NCBI GenBank assembly: GCA_029940695.1 | Contig: JAPYUP010000001.1 | Location: 4,912-68,911, forward strand | From: Candidatus Thalassarchaeaceae archaeon | GTDB taxonomy: Archaea > Thermoplasmatota > Poseidoniia > Poseidoniales > Thalassarchaeaceae | Length of the DNA: 64,000 bases | Direction of reading: 5' to 3' | Shown: piece by piece, positions 56,619-64,000 of the stretch | Position numbering within the stretch: position 1 is the stretch's first letter | How the letters are laid out: every line of letters starts with the position of its first letter | Position numbers and translations under genes: made by a program | Notes under the pieces: model-generated | What the model saw: the letters and a program-made list of their open reading frames with translations, nothing else | Told to the model about the DNA's origin: nothing | Database searches by the model: none

Positions 56619-57562
56619 AGGCTGTTTCCATCAGTCAAACTGTACTTGCGTTCCTTCAAGTCGTTATTGTACTGGCGACCCAATACAAACCCATTCTCAG
56701 CAACCCATTCGTTGAATGAAATAACACCCAACGGATCCTCATCCGAGGCCACCAGTCCACGCATCAACCCACGTATCTCTGCTCGTGTAATCACCATATC
56801 TTTCAGGAACAATCCCAATATTCGGCCTGTCATCCATCCAATTATCGGGGGCAGAGGGACAATCAATCGTCGTAATCCCATGCTTCGAGCAATCAACTTG
56901 ATGAAGTCCTTGTAGAGGAATGTATCCGGACCTGTTGCATCTCTGGTGATGTCCTCTTTGCATAATCCCAATTCTATGGCTATTCGGGCCACATCGCTTA
57001 CGTGCACCGGTTGTATGGGGTAGTTCCCCCATCCAAATATTCCGAAAACAGGAATGTAACGTAGCATCCAGGCGATATTGTTAACCAAGATGTTTCTATC
57101 ACCTCCGAACAATACAGTTGGACGAATGATTGCATACGATATGCCACAGTCTCTGAGACTCTTCTCGCTGACTACTTTTCCTCGAAAGTAAGACCATCTC
57201 GGCGCTTGATCTGGGTGAGCCACGCTAAAATGGACTACTCGCCGTACTCCTGCCTCAATGGCTGCTTCGAACATAATGTTGCAATTCTCAGTGGCAATTT
57301 CGTGGTCGAAACTCTTGCTGTGATGGTTGTAGCGAACCCAGTATGTATTGTACAGCACATCGGCACCACGCAGTGACTCAACCAATGCTTCGCGGTTTTC
57401 GAAATTGAGTGGATGAACTTCGACTTGGCCATCAAAGGGGTCGTCGCGGCCAATTGCATTGGTCAACGTCCGAACCCTCTCCCCATTTTCCAGAAGTAGA
57501 TGTGCAATCCACCTGCCAGTGTAGCCGAATGCGCCAGTCACGACATGCAGGCGTCCGTTCAT
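56615..57562 (-). CDS. NAD-dependent epimerase/dehydratase (atypical SDR, NDUFA9-like)
   Basis: VTGAFGYTG, Y..GK, IIRPT..FG, QPVHV.D. Confidence 0.85.
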   Translation of the reverse strand: MNGRLHVVTGAFGYTGRWIAHLLLENGERVRTLTNAIGRDDPFDGQVEVHPLNFENREALVESLRGADVLYNTYWVRYNHHSKSFDHEIATENCNIMFEAAIEAGVRRVVHFSVAHPDQAPRWSYFRGKVVSEKSLRDCGISYAIIRPTVLFGGDRNILVNNIAWMLRYIPVFGIFGWGNYPIQPVHVSDVARIAIELGLCKEDITRDATGPDTFLYKDFIKLIARSMGLRRLIVPLPPIIGWMTGRILGLFLKDMVITRAEIRGLMRGLVASDEDPLGVISFNEWVAENGFVLGRQYNNDLKERKYSLTDGNSL

Positions 57563-57668
57563 GTAGTCGCCAGTTCGCTTTAGAAATAAAGCGCGTTGCA
57601 ATGGACTATCCGTCTGCACATCACATTCCCATCACATATCTGATGTACTCTTGCCCAAACCGATCCTC

Positions 57669-59945
57669 ATGGGAAGGGGCGTGACCGCGACTACTCCATT
57701 GGAGAGGAATTCCCCAAAGAGGTCCGCCCCCAAATCTGTTGCTGCGGGAATCCCGGCCGTTATCTCAACCGCTAAACACGGTATCAGGAACATGGGTGTA
57801 ATCAGCAGTATTTTCAAGCTGGGCAAATTGAACAAGTTCGATGGATTTGACTGCCCTGGTTGCGCATGGCCAGATCCAGATGGTCACAGGACGTTCGCCG
57901 AGTTTTGCGAAAACGGAGCGAAAGCGGTATCTGACGAAGCTACTCGCAAGCGCGCGGACCCCGAGTTCTGGTCCCGTTGGACAGTTAGCGAACTATCTGA
58001 GAAGTCGGATCACTGGATGAACGGCCAAGGAAGATTGACGCATCCAATGATTCTGCGACCGGACAACCAGCGCTACGTGCCCATCGATTGGGACGACGCA
58101 TTCGAGTTGATTGCACAGGAGTTATCATCACTAACCGATCCCAATCAGGCAATATTCTACACATCGGGCAGGACTAGTAACGAGGCTGCCTTCCTATGGC
58201 AGCTACTAGCCAGAAGATTCGGTACCAACAACCTGCCCGACTGCTCGAACATGTGTCACGAATCGTCGGGGGTCGCTCTAAGCGAATCCATTGGCATCGG
58301 AAAGGGGACAGTAAAGCTCGATGACTTTACGTCGTCTGACCTAATTCTAGTGGTAGGCCAGAACCCAGGCACCAATCACCCTAGGATGCTGACGTCACTG
58401 AGGGATGCGAAGAAGGCTGGAGCCTCGATAATCAGTATCAATCCGATAAAGGAAGCTGGAATGGGTCGATTCAAACACCCACAGAACCCATTGGATCTAC
58501 TCGGTAGGGGGACTAGAATCGCCGACGAGCATATCTCTGTGAATATCAATGGGGATTTCGCGCTATTCAGGGGATTCGCCAAGGTCATCCTCGATTCTCA
58601 GCAAGATCTCCCTGCCTTCGTCTCTGAGCACACACACGGTTTCGATGACTATCGAGATGCAGTGATGGGCACCTCATGGAACGAGGTGGTCCATACCTCG
58701 GGAGTAGATCGCGAAATTATTGAGCGAATCGGTGAGGTTATCGCTCGATCTGAATGCATGATATCATGCTGGGCGATGGGTCTGACTCAGCATAGGAACG
58801 CTGTTGCCACCATACAGGAAATCGCTAACGTCAGCCTTCTCGGCGGGCACATCGGTAGGTCCGGTGCCGGTCTTTGCCCCGTCCGGGGGCACTCTAATGT
58901 TCAGGGGGACCGTACAGTAGGAATCAATCACAAACCGACTATGTCTTTCCTCGATAGCCTATCTAAGGTGACTGGAATTGAATCTCCAATAATCGAGGGT
59001 GTTGATGTTGTAGAGGCAGTACACAGGATGAGGGATGGCGACTCTACTGTCTTCCTATCAATGGGTGGAAACTTTCTCTCCGCGATGTCCGACACAAATG
59101 CCACTGCGTCCGCATTGACTAACTGCAGCCTCACCGTTCAGATATCGACCAAACCTAACAGGTCCCACCTAGTCACTGGGAAAACTGCGTTGATTCTTCC
59201 TTGCCTTGGAAGAACCGAACTGGACCTGACTGTCTCCGGCAACCAATTCGTCACTGTCGAGAACTCGATGGGGATCGTCCACTCTTCGATTGGAACGGCA
59301 AAGCCGGCTAGTCCCCAACTTATGTCTGAGCCATCCATCGTATCTGGAATTGGATTGGCGTTGGACACAAAATGTGGCCAATCACCTATAGACTGGACGC
59401 ATCTAGTCGATGACTACGACAGGATTAGGGCCCTCATCGAACAAACCATTCCTGGTTTCGATGACTACAATGCCAGATGCAGGAATGAAGGGGGATTCTA
59501 TCTGCCTAACGCTGCCCGCGATATGGTATTCAACACCCATACTGGCAAGGCCAACTTCATCGTACACCCAATCACCTCTATACAAACAGAACCTGACCAC
59601 TTCGTCATGATGACCATAAGGTCGCATGACCAATATAACACCACGATTTATGGTTTGGACGATAGGTATAGGGGAATAAACAAGGGAAGAAGGGTTGTAC
59701 TGGTTAACGAACTTGATATGGAGGCGAACGGATGGAAAGAGTTCGATCTCGTGAACATCACCTCTCATTACGGAGGCGCAGAAATCTCCTCTCGAGGTTG
59801 GTATGTGATTCCCTATGCAATTCCCATGGGAAACGTTGCAACCTATTTTCCCGAAGCCAATGTCCTGGTCCCTCTTGACAGCGTCGCCGAAGGCAGCAAC
59901 ACCCCGACGAGCAAGTCGATTGACGTGACAATCACAACAAATTAG
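57669..59945 (+). CDS. FdhF/YdeP family molybdopterin oxidoreductase
   Basis: GFDCPGCAWPD, EFCENGAKA, FYTSGRTSNEAA, NNLPDCSNMCHE, PVRGHSNVQGDRT, RSHDQYNTTIYG. Confidence 0.94.
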   Translation: MGRGVTATTPLERNSPKRSAPKSVAAGIPAVISTAKHGIRNMGVISSIFKLGKLNKFDGFDCPGCAWPDPDGHRTFAEFCENGAKAVSDEATRKRADPEFWSRWTVSELSEKSDHWMNGQGRLTHPMILRPDNQRYVPIDWDDAFELIAQELSSLTDPNQAIFYTSGRTSNEAAFLWQLLARRFGTNNLPDCSNMCHESSGVALSESIGIGKGTVKLDDFTSSDLILVVGQNPGTNHPRMLTSLRDAKKAGASIISINPIKEAGMGRFKHPQNPLDLLGRGTRIADEHISVNINGDFALFRGFAKVILDSQQDLPAFVSEHTHGFDDYRDAVMGTSWNEVVHTSGVDREIIERIGEVIARSECMISCWAMGLTQHRNAVATIQEIANVSLLGGHIGRSGAGLCPVRGHSNVQGDRTVGINHKPTMSFLDSLSKVTGIESPIIEGVDVVEAVHRMRDGDSTVFLSMGGNFLSAMSDTNATASALTNCSLTVQISTKPNRSHLVTGKTALILPCLGRTELDLTVSGNQFVTVENSMGIVHSSIGTAKPASPQLMSEPSIVSGIGLALDTKCGQSPIDWTHLVDDYDRIRALIEQTIPGFDDYNARCRNEGGFYLPNAARDMVFNTHTGKANFIVHPITSIQTEPDHFVMMTIRSHDQYNTTIYGLDDRYRGINKGRRVVLVNELDMEANGWKEFDLVNITSHYGGAEISSRGWYVIPYAIPMGNVATYFPEANVLVPLDSVAEGSNTPTSKSIDVTITTN

Positions 59946-61216
59946 CGCGAAGTCTTCGCCTGACGCTTGAACTGCTCCCTCGAAAGCAGTCTGCAACGGC
60001 TGATTTGCTTTTCGCAGAGATCCGCATCATCCTTTTCAAGACCCCTCTCCAATGACTGAGTGAAGCATTTTACCGCATCGTCATAGAGTTCTAAGGCTGC
60101 ATATGATGAGCCCATGTTAAACAGTGCCTTCCCCGTGACGCTGTTTGGATTCATGCTGATTGCGGTGTGATAGGCCAAGACGCTCTCCGCAAACCTTGAG
60201 GATTTGAACAGTGCATGACCCCTTCCGTTCTGGGCCCTCACCCTAAGCTCAAGCTCGTCTTTTGGACAACCACCAATTGCCTTCTCAAAGCATGTCAGGG
60301 CCTCCTCACTCTTATCCTCTTGAAGAAAGGATAATCCCTTGTTGTACCATTCAATCGAAGCGTTCAGGTCCCCGCCCCGCTCGATGGGGGGCGGCTCTTC
60401 GTTCGAATGGGTCAAGGCAGCCTGGACGAGTGATTCTTCCACTGAATCTTCGTCTGGCTGAATGGGATCTGCAACCCGGTAATGCGCTTCATCTAGGCTG
60501 TTAGCCCTTTGACGGCATTGCTTGGCCCTGTCAGGATAACCCGCTGCTTCAAGGGCTTCTCCTAGGCCCCTCCAAACCTCAGGTGAGTCAGGGGAACCCT
60601 CAAGCAGGCCCTTCCATACAGCAACAGCTGCAGCGTGATTTCCGGTCGATGTATGGGACTTGGCCTCCACCAATTTACTCTCAGAGCCAACTGTAGGTTG
60701 ATTATCCAACTCAGAGGCAATTTCAAGATTGGGATGTTCCTCTGAGTATTCCGAAACTGGTGTAGCTTCCAAGAACAGACGAGGAGGTTCGTCGACTTCT
60801 GCTACTGAAGATATGCGTCCTAGCGCTTCGTGGTCCGGATAGGATATGAGAGCGATCCTCGCATATTCAGAAGCTCTGGGGGGATCCACGTTCTCCAATA
60901 GAATTGCCAGATTGGATAACGTAGGACCATGATTCGGAAACTGTCGATCGACAATTTCCAGAGCTTCGATTGCCCGATGTGACAGGCCTTGGCCCGAGTA
61001 TAGCACCCCCAAGCAATACCATGCAGTTGCGTTCTCTGGATCAATGGCAACCACCTCCTCGTAGACTTCGATTGCTGCTATTTCCTCACCGTGTCCCGCG
61101 AGAGACCTAGCTTGTATCAGCTTCGATGCAACCCCGCCATCGTCCACAAGGCCCGGGCTCAATGCCCGAGGGATAAGTATTGGCGAAGATTGACCAGTCG
61201 GTATGATTGAAGGCAA
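59942..61216 (-). CDS. Tetratricopeptide repeat protein
   Basis: Three TPR clusters (AWYCLG, VWRGLGEAL, WYNKG...ALTCFEKAI, ALFNMG...A..CF) separated by acidic linkers. Start uncertain. Confidence 0.88.
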   Translation of the reverse strand: MPSIIPTGQSSPILIPRALSPGLVDDGGVASKLIQARSLAGHGEEIAAIEVYEEVVAIDPENATAWYCLGVLYSGQGLSHRAIEALEIVDRQFPNHGPTLSNLAILLENVDPPRASEYARIALISYPDHEALGRISSVAEVDEPPRLFLEATPVSEYSEEHPNLEIASELDNQPTVGSESKLVEAKSHTSTGNHAAAVAVWKGLLEGSPDSPEVWRGLGEALEAAGYPDRAKQCRQRANSLDEAHYRVADPIQPDEDSVEESLVQAALTHSNEEPPPIERGGDLNASIEWYNKGLSFLQEDKSEEALTCFEKAIGGCPKDELELRVRAQNGRGHALFKSSRFAESVLAYHTAISMNPNSVTGKALFNMGSSYAALELYDDAVKCFTQSLERGLEKDDADLCEKQISRCRLLSREQFKRQAKTSR

Positions 61217-61234
61217 AGGCCCTCTCGTAGTTTC

Positions 61235-61780
61235 ATGAACGACCCAGTAGTCGTCATGGGAATCTGCGGCACATACGATTTGGATTCCGCCAATGGTAGG
61301 TTGCTGGAAATACTGCTTCAGGAATGCAATTCAATTGGTGCAGAGACCCTCGTATGGAATAATGGGAATACTCCTCTCCCCATGGTTGGGGAAGATGGGT
61401 GTTGGTCCCACCCCAATGTGGCGGCGTACAAGGAAATGGCCGAGTCCGCTGATGCGTTCGTCCTTTCAAGCCCCGAATACCACGGAACCATGAGTGGAGT
61501 AATGAAGAACAACCTAGATTGGCTGTCCTTCGACCAAACCTCTGGCAAGGTCTTCGGCCTCTTGAGCACCTTGGGTGGTCAGGCAAACAGCAACACTCTG
61601 AATCACATGCGTATAGCAGCTAGGTGGATACATGGATGGGTTGTTCCTGAGCAGGTGGCCATTGGCAACATCAAGAAGGCTTTCGATGATTCGGGGAACT
61701 TAGTGGATGAAGCCATACGTGACCGTGTGAGTAGACTGGCTGAATCAATCGTGACCAGCACCACCAAACTAAGGAGATAG
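61235..61780 (+). CDS. NADPH-dependent FMN reductase
   Basis: ADAFVLSSPEYHG.MSGVMKN.LDW. Confidence 0.92.
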   Translation: MNDPVVVMGICGTYDLDSANGRLLEILLQECNSIGAETLVWNNGNTPLPMVGEDGCWSHPNVAAYKEMAESADAFVLSSPEYHGTMSGVMKNNLDWLSFDQTSGKVFGLLSTLGGQANSNTLNHMRIAARWIHGWVVPEQVAIGNIKKAFDDSGNLVDEAIRDRVSRLAESIVTSTTKLRR

Positions 61781-61786
61781 TTCCTC

Positions 61787-61963
61787 GTGCCTTCGGGAAC
61801 ATTGCCACCCAGCAGCGAAATACTCCTCTTCATAACGGCCGCTTCGGGAGTTGCTACTTGGTGGACTAACAATTTCTCCGAAAGGCCAGACCTCACAGGG
61901 ATTTTTGCTTTAACAGGGATTATTTCTGCCGTCGCATTGGTCATCTGGGTATTTTCTGTGTGA
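61787..61963 (+). CDS. Small 2-TM protein, 58 aa (not in the ORF track)
   Basis: GTG start after AAGGAG: (M)PSGTLPPSSEILLFITAASGVATWWTNNFSERPDLTGIFALTGIISAVALVIWVFSV. It fills the gap between the flanking co-oriented genes. Confidence 0.65.
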   Translation: MPSGTLPPSSEILLFITAASGVATWWTNNFSERPDLTGIFALTGIISAVALVIWVFSV

Positions 61964-61969
61964 GAAGTC

Positions 61970-62341
61970 ATGAAAGTAGACTCATATCCAACAAGGTGCC
62001 CTGTCTACTGGTACACTACGGAATCTGGTCAAGTGATTATTGAGCATGAAAAGTCTCTGAGTAGGTTTGAGCAACTTCTAGCCAATTTCCTGAAGGCGCC
62101 CAAAGAACTCCATCACCCATTGGACGAAATGAACTCTATGTTGTGGAAACTGATTGATGGAAATAACAACCTCGCGGGCATCGTCGCCCGAATGGATTTC
62201 GCCTTTGCTGAGAAAATTTCCCCCGTCAACGAACGAGTAGTCATGTCAATCAAGATGTTTCTTGACCTAAAACTAGCAGTAATCATCGAGCGGCCAGAAG
62301 ATTTGTCGTGGGATGTCGGCCCGGGGATTGACCACCACTAG
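61970..62341 (+). CDS. PqqD-family (RiPP recognition element-like) protein
   Basis: LDE.NS..W.LIDG......I...M...F.E......ER......F.L pattern. Confidence 0.7.
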   Translation: MKVDSYPTRCPVYWYTTESGQVIIEHEKSLSRFEQLLANFLKAPKELHHPLDEMNSMLWKLIDGNNNLAGIVARMDFAFAEKISPVNERVVMSIKMFLDLKLAVIIERPEDLSWDVGPGIDHH

Positions 62342-62358
62342 GGCAATCCTCTGACCGG

Positions 62359-63171
62359 CTACTCCTCTGACACGGATAGTCGAATTCCCTCGTTTCTCCG
62401 TTCCTTGTAGGTGACGGAGAAGTATGCCATCAGTGGGATGATCAGGAGAAGGAAGAAGCAACCAACGAGAGTTGCGAAACTGTATATTGTCTCTTGTACC
62501 GGGTCAATCCTAAACTGCTCAATGCCAACGAACTCGTGGGTTGTGACCACTGCAGAGACCTCTATTCCATCGCTGGAAATAGTTTGACCTTCACTCTCGA
62601 CGCTGATTCTCCAAGTAATTGTCTTGTTTTGGGAATTGATTTTCTCCCTGGCTTCGTTTTTTGCTTCGGAGATGTTCTCGTTCTCCAAGTACCCGACTCC
62701 CTCGATTGGCAGGTCGAGGGAGACCCTCCCCCTCATGATACCGGAGCCGTCATTCAACTCCATAGAGTGCGAGCGTTGGTACGAACAGGTCTCCATTATG
62801 TCTGAGTAGTCGCTTTTAGGCTCATTGCAGACGTAGTTGATTGCACTATCCAGACCTAGATGTGGCGAGTAGTACCACTCGGATTTGATGCCCTCCGCCT
62901 CAACCACCAGGGTCGAGCCTTCATTGGGGGCACCATCCACGGACACATTGATCCATGTGATTGCGGCTTTCGTGGTGTAATACCAACTCGCCTTGTCCTC
63001 GGACTCCATTTGCAATTCCATCTCCAATGAATCGTTGGTGGTCGTATACCCATAATACTCGGAGTCGGCGGTATTCGAGTAGACTGCATAAGAAAGTACT
63101 AGAATCAGCATTAGTCCTGTTCCAATCATAGTGCGAATCATGTTCGGGTTCTTGGAAAGGGAGCGTTTCAC
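62359..63171 (-). CDS. Hypothetical membrane protein (N- and C-terminal TM, extracellular beta-rich core)
   Basis: Two terminal hydrophobic helices and a Cys pair. Confidence 0.7.
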   Translation of the reverse strand: MKRSLSKNPNMIRTMIGTGLMLILVLSYAVYSNTADSEYYGYTTTNDSLEMELQMESEDKASWYYTTKAAITWINVSVDGAPNEGSTLVVEAEGIKSEWYYSPHLGLDSAINYVCNEPKSDYSDIMETCSYQRSHSMELNDGSGIMRGRVSLDLPIEGVGYLENENISEAKNEAREKINSQNKTITWRISVESEGQTISSDGIEVSAVVTTHEFVGIEQFRIDPVQETIYSFATLVGCFFLLLIIPLMAYFSVTYKERRNEGIRLSVSEE

Positions 63172-63292
63172 AGCAACGGCATTCTATCAATCGTTTTCAA
63201 TGCTTGTCGATGGCATTCAACAATAGTATTGCAATATATCCTAATCGTGTCATTACGGTTAAATACGGTCTGTAGGACGGGCGCACGCACAG

Positions 63293-63772
63293 GTGAAGAA
63301 GGTGACCACATACTACGACGTCCCCCCAGAACAACTGATTGTTACTCTCGCTGAGAGGCTTCATGCCTTCGATGCAATCACACCTCCTGTTTGGGCTGCT
63401 CATGTAAAGACCGGTTCGCACCGAGAACGTCCGCCGACTCAGAGTGACTGGTGGCACACCCGTGCCGCGTCCATGCTCCGGAAGGTCGCTAAGAAAGGAC
63501 CCATTGGCGCTAACAGGATCGCTCAGGAATATGGGGGTTCAAAGGATCGTGGAGTGAAGAAGAACAAGGCTGTTTCAGGATCGAGGAACATCTCAAGGAA
63601 GATTCTGCAGCAACTCGTTGAGTCGGGACTCGTTGACAACTCCCTCAATGCTGCTGGGACTGTCAATTTTGGGAAGGTGCTGACTCCTACTGGGCATTCC
63701 CTACTGGACGATGTAGCTCATTCGGTGCGCAATCACGCCGAAGAGATTTATCCCGAGCTCAAGAGGTACTAG
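63293..63772 (+). CDS. rps19e: 30S ribosomal protein S19e
   Basis: TYYDVP, PVWA.HVKTG.HRERPP...WW..RAAS.LRK, YGG...RG, GSRNI.RK.LQQL. Confidence 0.96.
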   Translation: MKKVTTYYDVPPEQLIVTLAERLHAFDAITPPVWAAHVKTGSHRERPPTQSDWWHTRAASMLRKVAKKGPIGANRIAQEYGGSKDRGVKKNKAVSGSRNISRKILQQLVESGLVDNSLNAAGTVNFGKVLTPTGHSLLDDVAHSVRNHAEEIYPELKRY

Positions 63773-63780
63773 GCGGTGAT

Positions 63781-63939
63781 ATGATGGCGAGAATCAAGCC
63801 ACTTGCCAAGAAACTGAGACTGCACAAGGTCACCAAGCAGAACAAGAGAGTCCCAGTTTGGGTCGTTATGAAGACCAACAGGAAAGTTAACACCCACCCC
63901 AAGCGACACATGTGGCGACGCTCTAAGTTACAGAGGTGA
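63781..63939 (+). CDS. rpl39e: 50S ribosomal protein L39e (not in the ORF track)
   Basis: [52 protein letters not shown]. Confidence 0.95.
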   Translation: MMARIKPLAKKLRLHKVTKQNKRVPVWVVMKTNRKVNTHPKRHMWRRSKLQR

Positions 63940-63943
63940 TGAT

Positions 63944-64000
63944 GTGGCGGAGATAAGGGAGTTAATCATCCCACTAAGGGCTGCTTGGAACGTTCCTCGC
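63944..64000 (+). CDS. rpl31e: 50S ribosomal protein L31e (5' fragment, runs off the window)
   Basis: GTG start after a GAGGTGA SD: (M)AEIRELIIPLRAAWNVPR. Conserved position after L39e. Confidence 0.8.
   Translation, partial: MAEIRELIIPLRAAWNVPR

Overview
A gene-dense archaeal chromosome segment, most consistent with Marine Group II Euryarchaeota (Ca. Poseidoniales). This assignment is inferred from gene content, not from a search. Archaeal information genes include proteasome beta, ZPR1, SepF, tRNA-intron endonuclease, archaeal-type TrpRS and ValRS, geranylgeranyl reductase, an Alu-containing ~300-nt SRP RNA and rpS19e-rpL39e-rpL31e. They are mixed with many bacterial-type genes: plsC, thyA-folA, an ABC-F ATPase, RluA, pntAa/Ab/B, mqnC, class 2 pyrD, ygfZ, fdhD and ydeP. 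No CRISPR array, tRNA, rRNA, transposase or integrase was recognised. An accessory stretch (~9-20.3 kb, especially 17-20.3 kb) holds small orphan membrane-protein genes. Its most notable signals are (i) a 30-bp near-perfect inverted repeat lying in-frame inside two divergent orphan genes, a possible shufflon-like domain swap; (ii) an identical 18-bp upstream element at -29 of two small genes, with degenerate copies in front of others; and (iii) a ~220-nt richly base-paired non-coding segment. Other highlights are a probable CTG start codon for pntAb, a degenerate TatC fused to a Cys-rich domain, tandem class 2 and class 1B dihydroorotate dehydrogenases, and a window-wide non-canonical TT(C/G)AAG TATA-like box in front of apparently leaderless genes.
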